Part shown: positions 52,574 to 62,316 of the stretch, in pieces
How positions within the stretch are numbered: the stretch's first letter is position 1
Layout of the letters: each line of letters begins with the position of its first letter
Source of the DNA: an uncultured Acidobacteriota bacterium
GTDB taxonomy: Bacteria > Acidobacteriota > Thermoanaerobaculia > Gp7-AA8
Reading direction: 5' to 3'
Length of the DNA stretch: 64,000 bases
Assembly: GCA_963741955.1 (NCBI GenBank)
Contig: CAVUKB010000007.1
Coordinates: forward strand, 32,001-96,000
Program-made: the position numbers and the translations under genes
The notes under the pieces: generated by a model
What the model saw: the letters and a program-made list of their open reading frames with translations, nothing else
The model's database searches: none
What the model was told of the DNA's origin: nothing

Positions 52574-52701
52574 GAGCCTGCGGGGCAGAAAACGTCCTGC
52601 TGAGACAGCGGATCAGCGGTCCGGATCGCTCCGGAACTCCGGCGCGCACCCGGCCGCGCTGCTCCTCTTTCTCGCAACGGGATTTCTGGCGTGCAGGATC
52701 C
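52574..52701. mobile_element. Degenerate family-A MITE
   Basis: GAGCCTGCGGGGCAGAAAACGTCCTGCTGAGACAGCGGATCAGCGGTCC...GCTGCTCC...TTTCTCGCAACGGGATTTCTGGCGTGCAG aligns loosely with family A. Confidence 0.6.
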
Positions 52702-52732
52702 TGCACCGCTGGTCGCAGAAGAGGGATTCAGC

Positions 52733-54136
52733 ATGATGAAAAAAGTTCCGGACACCATCGATCAGACGGTTTCTCCCGATGCGGAGCTCCTCGCCGCCGA
52801 CAGAGACGCCGTGTCGCTTCGTGACTCGGAATTCAGTCGTCTGGTCCGATCCGGCGAGACTTACGTCGACTACACCGGCGCAGCTCTCTACCCGGAGTCG
52901 CTCGTCCGCGATCACCACGCGCTGCTGCTGGAGGAGGTCTCGGGAAATCCGCACTCGACGAGCCCGGCCGCCGCCCGTTCGACCCAGCGGCTCACCGGGA
53001 CGCGCGATCGCATTCTCGCGTTCTTCAACGCACCGACCGACGAGTACGAGGTGATCTTCACTCCGAACGCGTCGGGCGCTCTTCGCATCGTCGGCGAAGC
53101 GTACCCGTTCGGATGCAACGGGCGGTACCTGCTGACCTCGGACAACCACAACTCCGTCAACGGCATTCGTGAATATGCCCGCGCGCGCGGTTCCGACGTC
53201 CGCTACATCCCGATCACCCTCTCGGATCTGCGCCTCGACGCGGCCGTCCTCGCCGCGGAGCTCGAGGGAGGGTGCCGTGTTTCGCCACGTCTGTTCGCGT
53301 ATCCGGCTCAGTCCAACTTCTCCGGCGTGCAGCATTCCCTCCAATGGATCGAGAAGGCGCACCAATGCGGGTGGGACGTGCTGCTCGACGCCGCAGCCTT
53401 CGTTCCGACCAACCGGCTCGATCTGTCGCTCCACAAGCCGGAATTCGCGGTGGTCTCCTTCTACAAAATGTTCGGCTATCCGACCGGGATCGGTGCGCTC
53501 ATCGCCAAGCGATCCGCGCTCGCGCGGCTGCACCGTCCATGGTTCGCCGGAGGGACCATCACCGTGGCGTCCGTGAAGGCAGAGCGCTACGCGCCGGCGC
53601 GCGACGAGGCCGCGTTCGAAGACGGTACCCAGGATTTCCTTTCCATCCCCGCGATCGCTCTCGGCCTCGATTACCTCGAACGCCTCGGAATCGATCGAAT
53701 CCATCGGCGGGTGGAGCTTCTCACCGGCTGGACCCTTCGGGAGCTCGAATCGCTCCACCATGCGAACGGCAGTCCGCTGGTGCACATCTACGGTCCGCTC
53801 GGCTCGGAAGAGCGCGGAGGAACCATCGCGCTGAATGTATTCGACGCGTCGGGCGAAATGGTGGATCACCGGGTGGTCGAAGCTCTCGCGTCTCGTGCCG
53901 GCATCTCACTACGGACCGGCTGCTTCTGCAATCCCGGTGCGGGAGAGACGGCGCTGGAGATACCCAAACAGCGGATCGTCACCTGCTTCGAGGAGTCCGA
54001 CGGGAGGCTCACGCTCGATGACTTCAAGGTCTGCCTGCACGGCGGCAGCGGCGCGGTCCGGATCTCGTTCGGATACGCGAGCGTCCTCGAGGACGCTCGG
54101 CGGGTCGTGGAGTTCGTCTCGCGATTCCTCGACTGA
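52733..54136 (+). CDS. PLP-dependent class V aminotransferase, molybdenum cofactor sulfurase (MOCOS N-terminal)-like
   Basis: YVDYTGA, GNPHS, DNHNSVNGIRE, AQSNFSG, LDAAA, SFYKMFGYPTG, RTGCFCNPG. Confidence 0.88.
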   Translation: MMKKVPDTIDQTVSPDAELLAADRDAVSLRDSEFSRLVRSGETYVDYTGAALYPESLVRDHHALLLEEVSGNPHSTSPAAARSTQRLTGTRDRILAFFNAPTDEYEVIFTPNASGALRIVGEAYPFGCNGRYLLTSDNHNSVNGIREYARARGSDVRYIPITLSDLRLDAAVLAAELEGGCRVSPRLFAYPAQSNFSGVQHSLQWIEKAHQCGWDVLLDAAAFVPTNRLDLSLHKPEFAVVSFYKMFGYPTGIGALIAKRSALARLHRPWFAGGTITVASVKAERYAPARDEAAFEDGTQDFLSIPAIALGLDYLERLGIDRIHRRVELLTGWTLRELESLHHANGSPLVHIYGPLGSEERGGTIALNVFDASGEMVDHRVVEALASRAGISLRTGCFCNPGAGETALEIPKQRIVTCFEESDGRLTLDDFKVCLHGGSGAVRISFGYASVLEDARRVVEFVSRFLD

Positions 54137-54259
54137 TCCCGTGCGGACTCCGGCTGGTTTCTACCCGATAATGAAAACACATATCGACTTATGATATGTG
54201 CGAGTAAGTATACGCTCGGCTAAAGATATTCTTTATCTCTGAATGTCGTCCGGTGCCGG

Positions 54260-54297
54260 GAGTCTGCGCAGTAGGATGGTTTCTACCGCGCAGCCTT
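54260..54297. mobile_element. Minimal family-A remnant (TIRs only)
   Basis: GAGTCTGCGCAGTAG-8 nt-CTACCGCGCAGCCTT. Confidence 0.7.
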
Positions 54298-54303
54298 CAG
54301 TAG

Positions 54304-56628
54304 CTACGATTCGGTCCGGAAGTAGACCGTGTCGAACTGGCTGCACTGCTGGCAGCGTCGCGACACGATCGTGAGCGGGTGTCCGAGATAGCGGGCGGTC
54401 TGACGCATCTCGCTGCCGGGAGGAAACTCCGCGCCGCAGGGGCAGGGGCGGACCGCGAGGAGAGCCCCGACCTCCGCGCTGCCGGAGACCGGAATCGGAG
54501 AGGCCGGAGTTCGACCGTCCGGTGCGTCTTTCAGCTCGGAGAGACGAGTGGATCTCCGCGGAGTTCCCCCTCCGCGCTGCGCGAACGAAGAGGCCAGCTT
54601 CCAGCCGGCGAACAGCGCGCCGCCGAGGATCAGGAGCGATACGATTGCCACGCCCCCGGCGAGTACCGGGAAGGAGGGAGTCATCGACGCGGCGACCGGC
54701 GCCGGAACATCGTCACGAAGCTCGTAGTCGAGCACTGCTCGCGCCTTGTCCACGTGGTCGAGGAACTCCGGGATGCGCTTCCGCGGAACGGAATCGGAGA
54801 GGCTCCGGTAGCGGTAGCGCAGCCGCAACATCCTCTCGCTGACCGTAGAGTCGAACCAGAACCGGAACGCCGGGTCATCGACCTCGAGGTGCTCGGGATG
54901 AATCGAGAGCCGGCGTGGGAGCTCGACCCGGATCTCGTGCACCACGTGAGCGGGGTGGATCAGCCCGTACGGCCCGGAGCGCTGGACGGACGCGGGGCGG
55001 GAGAGCCAGTCGTCCATGGCCCACGCGAAGAGATCCCTCCGGTGATTCTTCCAGAACGACGGAATCGAGTAACGCTCGGTGACGACGATTCTGTTGGCCG
55101 ACCTGTCGTCTTTCACCACCGGGCGCTCGAGCGCGGTCACCTTCGCATCGAACTGTGCGTAATGGTTGACGTAGTTCCGGGCGAGCTCCGCGTTGGAGGT
55201 GGAGTCGAAGTAGCCGCGCATGTCATCGGCGTCTTCTCCGGTGTAAACGCTCTTCACCTCGAGCTCTGCTCCGGCTCCTCCCTCTCCCACGCGATAAATC
55301 TCTTCGATGGAGGTCGTGGGCCGCGGCATCTCCGGCGGAGGGATCGGTACCAGAGCCGTGGTCGTGCGGTCGACGAGGAGCGCGCGTCCGAAATCGGGCG
55401 GCGCCAGTGCATCGAGGGATCCCCCTTCGTCGGAACGGGTCGCATCGATCCAGTGCGAACGGCCGTCGAGCACGACGTGGACGATCACGTGATCGAACGC
55501 GAATGGTGAGGGAAGGACCTCGTCGAGCGTTTCGCGAGCGGTGGTGTTCACCAGGGCTGGCCGGGCCTGGAATCCGAGTTTCTGCAACAGGACCGTCAGG
55601 AGGAGCGCCTTGTCCTTGCAGTCACCGAAGCGCTGCCGGAGCACCTGGTCCGGCGGATGCGGCTGATGGGTGTTGGGACCGATCTCGATCCCGAGATAGC
55701 GGATCTGATCCTGCACGAAACGGACGGCGGCGAGGACTTTCCCCTCGTCCGTCGATTCGCCGGTCGCGATCGATCGCGCCAGTGCGGTCATCCGGCTGCC
55801 ACCGTTCCCGGCGTGGTCGAAGAGGTCGGAAGCCCATCGCGCAACTTCGTTCCAGTCCCGGAATTCCGAGAGCTCCACCCGGGGGAAGGGATCGAACCAG
55901 ACCGGTGTGTCGCTGTCCCACTCGATTGCGGGAACATCGTCTGCGGCCCAGGTCCAGGAGTGGAACGTCCCTTCGCGACGGACGCTTCCGGGGATCTTCG
56001 ACTGGAACTCGCGGGGAGTGATCGTACGTCCGGCCGGGATGAGAGCTCTCGCATAGAGTCGCGCGACGGGAACCTGATACCCGAGATCGAGCTCGCCGGC
56101 GAATCGTCCATGGAGGATCGGATTCGCGCCGCGAAGCGAGTACGCGTAGTCGACGATGTCTCCCGGTCGAAGGTCGCGGAGAAAGAAGAGGGCAGTGAGG
56201 GTGCCGTCGTACATCCGTTCGGATCGATCACGCTCCCGTTCGATGACCCTCACCTGCTCCGGAGAAAACGCGCGGATCCGGCGGCCGTCGCGGATGATGT
56301 CGACGAAATGGATGGTCAGGCTCTGCCAGGTCGGATCGAAGTCGAAGTGAAGCTCCGAGAAATTCCGGACGCCGCTGCTCGAGACGATCTTTCTCGCCCG
56401 GCGGACCCACCTCTCCGTCGTCCGCCCGATTCGGATCTGGTCGTCGACGAGCAGATGCCACGTGCCGTCGCTGATCTGCCCCGCCGGTTCGGCTTTCGTG
56501 GCCGGAAGATCGACGCGGGTGATCCAGTCGGGAGGTGGCGCGACGGAGAAAGGACGTCCGGCCGCGAGAGCGCCTGGTGCGGGGAGAAGAATGGCCAGAA
56601 GTGAGAGCAGAAGAGGAAGGCGTCGCAT
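54304..56628 (-). CDS. DUF3857 + transglutaminase-like protein with TM and Cys-rich tail
   Basis: Signal peptide, LRPGDIVDYAYS, FGDCKDKA, FDHVI, WIDAT; C-terminal CPC...CQQC. Confidence 0.85.
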   Translation of the reverse strand: MRRLPLLLSLLAILLPAPGALAAGRPFSVAPPPDWITRVDLPATKAEPAGQISDGTWHLLVDDQIRIGRTTERWVRRARKIVSSSGVRNFSELHFDFDPTWQSLTIHFVDIIRDGRRIRAFSPEQVRVIERERDRSERMYDGTLTALFFLRDLRPGDIVDYAYSLRGANPILHGRFAGELDLGYQVPVARLYARALIPAGRTITPREFQSKIPGSVRREGTFHSWTWAADDVPAIEWDSDTPVWFDPFPRVELSEFRDWNEVARWASDLFDHAGNGGSRMTALARSIATGESTDEGKVLAAVRFVQDQIRYLGIEIGPNTHQPHPPDQVLRQRFGDCKDKALLLTVLLQKLGFQARPALVNTTARETLDEVLPSPFAFDHVIVHVVLDGRSHWIDATRSDEGGSLDALAPPDFGRALLVDRTTTALVPIPPPEMPRPTTSIEEIYRVGEGGAGAELEVKSVYTGEDADDMRGYFDSTSNAELARNYVNHYAQFDAKVTALERPVVKDDRSANRIVVTERYSIPSFWKNHRRDLFAWAMDDWLSRPASVQRSGPYGLIHPAHVVHEIRVELPRRLSIHPEHLEVDDPAFRFWFDSTVSERMLRLRYRYRSLSDSVPRKRIPEFLDHVDKARAVLDYELRDDVPAPVAASMTPSFPVLAGGVAIVSLLILGGALFAGWKLASSFAQRGGGTPRRSTRLSELKDAPDGRTPASPIPVSGSAEVGALLAVRPCPCGAEFPPGSEMRQTARYLGHPLTIVSRRCQQCSQFDTVYFRTES

Positions 56629-56707
56629 CAGCGATTCCGATCGGCAGGTCAAGATCGGGACGATTATAGATCGCCCTCGCTCCGAACCGCTCCGTCCGGG
56701 GACGGTT

Positions 56708-58747
56708 TCATCGGACGCTCATCCGGCGGGGAGCCTGGTCGAAGATCTCCACTCGGTTCTTCCCGTTCCGCTTTGCGACGTAGAGAGCTTCGTCGGCCCG
56801 CACCAGCGCCTCTTCTTCCGTGCAGAGTTGATCGGGCGAGGCGAGGCAATACAGACCGAAACTCAAGGTGACCAGCAGAGTGACCGGAGCGATCTGGTCC
56901 AGATCGACTTCCCTCGTCTCGATCTCCGCGCGCAGTTCCTCGAGGTGCCGGTAGGCGCCGTCGCGCGGAGTATCGGGAAGGACGAAGACGAACTCCTCCC
57001 CGCCGAAGCGGGCGACGATGTCCGTCGACCGGGACCGTTCCGAGAACGCCCGCGCGATCGCTCGGATCACCACGTCCCCCGCGTGGTGGCCCCAGGTGTC
57101 GTTGATCTGTTTGAAATCGTCGATATCGGCGAATGCGATGGCGAGAGGGTGGAACGAGCGGGTTGCGCGTCGAAGCTCCTCACGCAGCCTCTCCACCGCG
57201 ACCTGCCTCCGCGGGAGGCGGGTCAGCGGGTCGTGCGTTGCGAGATCGAACAGCCGCGCATTCTCGAGCATGGCCGACGCCTGTTGCGCGATCTGGTCGA
57301 GAATCTCGAGGTCGTCCCGATCGAGCGCTGCTCCACGGCCGAGCTTTCCGAGTGCGAGCACCGCCACCAGCCGGTCCTTTAGGCGGACCGGCACGACGTA
57401 TTCGGTCTCGAGAAGATCGAGCATGCCGCGCAGTTCGGCCGGCTCGTCGTCCGATTCGAAGCGCCGCATCGGAACCCTCGGCCGGAGGCTCGACCAGTTC
57501 TGCAGCTCCTCGGCCGTCAGGACGACATTGCGCGCAGTTTCGTCGCCGGTCATTCGACCCGAGATCGCCCGCACCCGGTAGTACTCTCCCCCCTGATCGG
57601 CGAGCAGCAGCGCCGCACCGCGCAACGAGAGCGACGTATGGATCCGTTCGATCAGGTGAGCGGCGGCCTCGTCGATCTCCGTGAACCCGGCCAGCTCTCC
57701 GATCAACGACGCCTCGAGGCGGCGGAGGGCGATCTTTTCGCTGAACAATGCCTGATCGATCCGGCTCTCGACTGCTCGCGAAAGAGGTTGAAAGAATGCT
57801 CCTCCGATGAAGAAGAGGAGCGCGATCCACCAGAGGGTGATGTGGATCCCGAGGACGTGAGCGGCGAACAGACCGATCAGGGCGCCGGCCAGATAGACGC
57901 TCGCGCCGAGCATCCCCATCGTCAGGACGTAGATGAGGCCTCGCCGGAGAAACGACCCGAGATCGAAAAGGTGGAAGTGAAAGATCGATACGTAGAATCC
58001 CGCCGGAACGAGCATCACTGCGAATGGCTCGATCACCCCGGCTGCGGTGTCGCGCCACGCCGGGATGAAGAGCCATGCGGTGATGTTCGCCGCCCACGGA
58101 AGGATTCCCGCGAGAACCACCAGAGCCTGAAGCCGCCCTTCCCGCGTCTCTTCCCGTCGCGCGGCCGACTGGAGGAGCCAGACGCTGATGCAGGCCCCGG
58201 CGACGTACGCCGAGAGCGACATCTCTGCGCGAACCTGGAGCGCAGAGGGAAGTGTCACTCCGAACCATGCGCTTCCCCGTGATGCAGAGAAAACGAGAAG
58301 CCAGCTCACGACGGTCAGGAGAGCCCCGGTCGCATACGTGCCGCCGACGATCCAGCGATGGCGCCGCGTGATCGGGTTCGCACGCGGAATCAGCGACGCC
58401 ATGTGGACCACGACTGCGAAGTTCATCATGTAGACGGAGGAATAGAGGAACAGCAGAAGGTCGTCCCATGCCGATGCGCCGGGGCGGATGACCGCGGCAT
58501 CGAAGAGGATGGTCAGCGAAACGGCGAAGCCGGTGAACATGAAGAGAATGACGCGAGGATCGCGGGGACGCCGTACGACGGCGGCGACGGTGAGTCCCCC
58601 GTACAGGAGGAGTGTCGCTGCGTAGATCGCCCAGGTTACGCGCACGTCTTCTGTTCCGAGCGCGTAGCTCGGAAGAACGACGAGCGCGAACGCAACGCCA
58701 TAGAACAGGAGCGTTGCGGCGACGGCACTTTTCCCGGACCGTAGCAT
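56708..58747 (-). CDS. Membrane sensor GAF-GGDEF diguanylate cyclase
   Basis: Multiple TM helices, GAF, HDPLT, DIDDFKQINDTWGH, RSTD I-site, RFGGEEF. Confidence 0.9.
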   Translation of the reverse strand: MLRSGKSAVAATLLFYGVAFALVVLPSYALGTEDVRVTWAIYAATLLLYGGLTVAAVVRRPRDPRVILFMFTGFAVSLTILFDAAVIRPGASAWDDLLLFLYSSVYMMNFAVVVHMASLIPRANPITRRHRWIVGGTYATGALLTVVSWLLVFSASRGSAWFGVTLPSALQVRAEMSLSAYVAGACISVWLLQSAARREETREGRLQALVVLAGILPWAANITAWLFIPAWRDTAAGVIEPFAVMLVPAGFYVSIFHFHLFDLGSFLRRGLIYVLTMGMLGASVYLAGALIGLFAAHVLGIHITLWWIALLFFIGGAFFQPLSRAVESRIDQALFSEKIALRRLEASLIGELAGFTEIDEAAAHLIERIHTSLSLRGAALLLADQGGEYYRVRAISGRMTGDETARNVVLTAEELQNWSSLRPRVPMRRFESDDEPAELRGMLDLLETEYVVPVRLKDRLVAVLALGKLGRGAALDRDDLEILDQIAQQASAMLENARLFDLATHDPLTRLPRRQVAVERLREELRRATRSFHPLAIAFADIDDFKQINDTWGHHAGDVVIRAIARAFSERSRSTDIVARFGGEEFVFVLPDTPRDGAYRHLEELRAEIETREVDLDQIAPVTLLVTLSFGLYCLASPDQLCTEEEALVRADEALYVAKRNGKNRVEIFDQAPRRMSVR

Positions 58748-58874
58748 TGACCGATATCGGGGCGGATGCTGCGAGTGTAGACCACACCGGAGTGGCGCAC
58801 AAGAAAGTCGTGATGCGCCCGGGGCGCCGAAGCTGGCTGACGATTTGCTTCGAAAGACCGATTCTGAGGGACGA

Positions 58875-60047
58875 GTGAGAAATTTCGATGTCGCGATCGT
58901 CGGCTGCGGGCCCGCGGGAAACATCGCCGCGTGGCATCTTGCTGCACGCGGAGTGGAGGTCGCCCTTCTCGAACGGGCCACCCTGCCGCGTCCGAAGACG
59001 TGCGGTGGCGGACTCTCACGCAAGACCCTCGAGGAGATTCCCTACGACATCGATCCGGTCGTGGAGTCGGAGATCGAATCCGCATTCGTGACCAGCGGAG
59101 GCTCGACGTTTCTGCAGTCGAAAGAGCGGATCGGAGTCACGGTCTGCCGCGACAGGCTCGATTCATACATGGCCCGCCAGGCCGTCGAGAAGGGGGTTAC
59201 GCTGCTCGAGTCGTGTACCCTCGAGAGTTTCAGCATCCGCCGGGATCACGTCCGGCTCGAGACCTCACGCGGGGCATTCTCCGCCGGCGTTCTGATCGGC
59301 GCGGACGGCGTCTACAGCGGAGTACGCCGTGCACTCGACACCTCATGCTCCCCTTTCTTCGCTCCCGCCATCGAGGCGCTGGTCTATGTCGAGCCGGCGC
59401 GCACCGGGCTCATTGACGGCGGCTGCATTCTCGATTTCGACGCAATCCCCCATGGTTATGGCTGGGTGTTTCCGAAGCGGGATCATTACAACGTCGGACT
59501 CTATCGCTACCGGAGAAGCCGGGGCGGTCCCGGAATGCGGGGCATGCTGCAAGCCTTCATCGAGCGCTTTCCCCAACTCCACTCCCCTCTCCGGGTCGTG
59601 ACCAGGGGATATTCGATTCCGGTGCGGCGTGCGGCGACCGTGGTCGATCCCGGAGGCGTTCTTCTTGCCGGCGATGCGGCCGGGCTCGCGGAAAACGTCT
59701 ATGGGGAAGGAATCTGTTTCGCTGTGCGAAGCGGGAGACTCGCCGCCGAAACCGTAGCCGCAACACTCGGCGGATCCGGCGATCTTTCCGAATATGCGCA
59801 CCGACTGCGGCCGCTGATGCGTGAGCTGGCGCTCTCCAGGTTCACCGCCTCGCTGGTGTATGCGGGCTCTCCGGGAATGCGACGGCGTCTCTCCCGCTCC
59901 GGACCGATCAGCCGCCGTTTCACCGGTCTTCTCACCGGAGACAACGGCTACGCCGCATGTCTGATCGGAACGGCGGCATGTCTTCCGTTCGCGCCGCTCC
60001 TTCCGCAGAACCGTGAACAGAGGTCTCCTCTCGATCTGCAGACGTGA
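58875..60047 (+). CDS. Geranylgeranyl reductase-family FAD oxidoreductase
   Basis: DVAIVGCGPAG, KTCGGG, IGADG, GYGWVFPK, LAGDAAG, GEGI. Confidence 0.88.
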   Translation: MRNFDVAIVGCGPAGNIAAWHLAARGVEVALLERATLPRPKTCGGGLSRKTLEEIPYDIDPVVESEIESAFVTSGGSTFLQSKERIGVTVCRDRLDSYMARQAVEKGVTLLESCTLESFSIRRDHVRLETSRGAFSAGVLIGADGVYSGVRRALDTSCSPFFAPAIEALVYVEPARTGLIDGGCILDFDAIPHGYGWVFPKRDHYNVGLYRYRRSRGGPGMRGMLQAFIERFPQLHSPLRVVTRGYSIPVRRAATVVDPGGVLLAGDAAGLAENVYGEGICFAVRSGRLAAETVAATLGGSGDLSEYAHRLRPLMRELALSRFTASLVYAGSPGMRRRLSRSGPISRRFTGLLTGDNGYAACLIGTAACLPFAPLLPQNREQRSPLDLQT

Positions 60048-60054
60048 CCCCTGG

Positions 60055-60278
60055 CCCCAATGGCCCGAACTTAAGGGGCGCTGTGGGTGTTCACAGAGCA
60101 GATGCGTGGAGTTACTGCGCATCTGCCGCAGGTGTCGTCTCGTTGTGTTCTGAAGGCGATCTGCGCGGCCACGGCGGGAGCCGTGGCGCCCCTCGGAGAG
60201 GGGATCGTTCGCTGCCCAGCGAGCTCGCGCCGACTCCCGGCTGCGACGCGGATTTTGCTTAAGTTCGGGCCATTGCTC
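60055..60278. mobile_element. MITE-like element family C
   Basis: 18-bp perfect IR CAATGGCCCGAACTTAAG (60058-75 / 60258-75); CTGG direct repeats at 60051-54 and 60279-82. Single copy in this window. Confidence 0.75.
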
Positions 60279-60282
60279 CTGG

Positions 60283-60318
60283 CCCGCATTTGTCACATCG
60301 GCGCTACCGCGCAGACTC
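60283..60318. mobile_element. Collapsed B+A composite remnant (B end joined to A end)
   Basis: CCCGCATTTGTCACATCG (B TIR, 17/18) + GCG + CTACCGCGCAGACTC (A/IS TIR, 15/15). Confidence 0.7.
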
Positions 60319-60753
60319 CCGGTGCGGGTCGAGCCTCTTCTTCAGGAACCATTGGCGCTTCCCGGGAGGGAAATCGTCCAGCACACCCCAGAGCTCGTAG
60401 TCGTTCCGTCGATAGAACGCCAGCGCATCGGCGTCGATCGTGTCGAGATTCACGCCGATGCATCCGTGCTCCCGCGCGTACGTCTCCGCGCGCGAGAGGA
60501 GCTCGCGACCATAACCGCGGCCGCGCAGCTCGTCGCCGACCCAGAGCTTCTCGACGTAGAGCCACTGCCACCAGATCCTCCCGAGCAGGCCGCCGAGCAC
60601 TTTCTGCTGCGCGTCACGAACGAGAAGATTCACCCGCTCCAGCCCCGGAGCGCCATGGCGCGACGCGTTGTGGCGCATCAGACCTCGGACGACTTCGTTC
60701 TGATCTTCGATCGAGGCGTCCGGCTCGATCGAAACGGTGATGTCGTGGTTCAT
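60304..60753 (-). CDS. GNAT family N-acetyltransferase
   Basis: WLYVEKLWV, RGRGYG, LDT, AFYRR. Confidence 0.9.
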   Translation of the reverse strand: MNHDITVSIEPDASIEDQNEVVRGLMRHNASRHGAPGLERVNLLVRDAQQKVLGGLLGRIWWQWLYVEKLWVGDELRGRGYGRELLSRAETYAREHGCIGVNLDTIDADALAFYRRNDYELWGVLDDFPPGKRQWFLKKRLDPHRESAR

Positions 60754-60806
60754 CGGCCCCTCCCGCGCTGATTATCTCAGCAGGACGAAGGCCGGAGAAC
60801 CGGATG

Positions 60807-61367
60807 TCAGCTGCTGGTCGCCGCGTTCGCGGGTCCTCCACCTTCGCCGGTCGACGTCGTATCGGTTCCTGCCGGGGCCTCTCCACTGGATGGTGTGACC
60901 GTAATGTCGATCGTCTCCCCTTCCTTTCCGATCGTTCCTCCGACCGTCGACATGACCTGGTACGTGCCGGGACGAAGGCCGTCCACCACCAGAGTCCTGA
61001 CTTCCAGCGGCTGCAACGGGGCATCGAGGGCGCGCGCCACTCCATTTCCGCTGATCGCGAAGCTGTGCAGCTCCTTGCCGCTGTTCGTCACCTGGAACGC
61101 CACGCTCCCTCCTTCGATGGTGTGGGGCATGTCCACTCCATGATCCGAGATCGTCACTTCGACGGGCGGCTTCGTCTTTCCGCTCGGCTGGGTCGGGAGG
61201 ACGTCCGTCGCAGCCGCGCTGCTGGTGGCGGCGGTATCCGTCCCGGTCGTGGTCGCCTGTTCGTTCTTGTTTGCGCACGCGCCGAGCAACGCGATCGAAG
61301 TCCCGATCACGAGCCAGCCGGCGAGCGTTGCGCCGAAGCGTGTTCTGCTGCTGTCCTGACGGAGCAT
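60807..61367 (-). CDS. Lipoprotein with cupredoxin-like domain
   Basis: LLGAC lipobox, Thr-rich linker, FQVTNSGKELHSF, LRPGTY. Confidence 0.7.
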   Translation of the reverse strand: MLRQDSSRTRFGATLAGWLVIGTSIALLGACANKNEQATTTGTDTAATSSAAATDVLPTQPSGKTKPPVEVTISDHGVDMPHTIEGGSVAFQVTNSGKELHSFAISGNGVARALDAPLQPLEVRTLVVDGLRPGTYQVMSTVGGTIGKEGETIDITVTPSSGEAPAGTDTTSTGEGGGPANAATSS

Positions 61368-61505
61368 GGTTCACCTCCGGCGGTGAAGTGAGCAAGTTCC
61401 GTGCGGAGAAGCATCGAAAGCGAGCGGAAGCGCGAGAAGGACACCGTCCTCAGCGGGCGCATCCGACCTCTCTCCCCCCGCAATCAGATGCAGGGAATTC
61501 ATACG

Positions 61506-62282
61506 CTACCCTGGCGGCGCACCGGCCACGCCGAATCCGAACTTCCGGAAAGTCGCCGCCGACGCCGGAGACCGCAGCCAGGCCAGGAAGCGGCGTGCTG
61601 CTTCGGGACGGTCGGATCTCTCGACGACCGCGGCCGGGTAGACGATCGATGGTGAATCTGCGGGCGGAACCTCGAACGCGATGACCACCCTCGAGGAAAG
61701 GATCGCATCGGTCCGGTAGACCATTCCCGCGTCCACCGCGCCCCACTCGACCGCTGCGAGCGCGGCTCTGACGTTCACCGCGGGGACGACGCGCGGCGCG
61801 ACATCGTTCCAGATCCCGGCTGTCTCCAGAGCCTTGCGTGCGTAGACTCCGGCGGGAACGACGGACGGATCCGCGAGGGCGATGCGCCGGAACTGCTGAG
61901 CGGCGAGCTGGCGCAGCGCGTCGAGGTGTGTCGCACGGTCGCCCGGAACGATCACCACCAGCGAATTGGAGAGGAGATCGATGCGGGAGGATGCGTCGAT
62001 GAGGCCTTTCGCGGCGAGAGCGTCCATGCGCGCCTCGTCGGCCGGAAGAAAGACGTCCGCGCGCGCACCGTGCTCGATCTGAAGCTGAAGCGCATTCGAG
62101 CCGGCGAGATCGAGAACCACCCGCTCTCCGGGGTTCGCCTTCTCGTATCCGGCGGCGATCTCCTTCATCGCGTCGGTCAGACTCGATGCCGCGAGCACGT
62201 GCACCTCGGATGGGCGGCACGCTGCTGCGGTGAGAAGGGATACGACGAGAAGGAGACGCAACGTATCTCGCCACGACGGCAT
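61506..62282 (-). CDS. modA: Molybdate ABC transporter substrate-binding protein
   Basis: AASSLTDAM, AGSNAL..QIEHGA.ADVF, VPAGVYA, NVRAAL, VYRTDA, IVYP. Confidence 0.92.
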   Translation of the reverse strand: MPSWRDTLRLLLVVSLLTAAACRPSEVHVLAASSLTDAMKEIAAGYEKANPGERVVLDLAGSNALQLQIEHGARADVFLPADEARMDALAAKGLIDASSRIDLLSNSLVVIVPGDRATHLDALRQLAAQQFRRIALADPSVVPAGVYARKALETAGIWNDVAPRVVPAVNVRAALAAVEWGAVDAGMVYRTDAILSSRVVIAFEVPPADSPSIVYPAAVVERSDRPEAARRFLAWLRSPASAATFRKFGFGVAGAPPG

Positions 62283-62316
62283 TGCCGTATTCTACCGGAC
62301 GGCTGCGAACGGGTGG

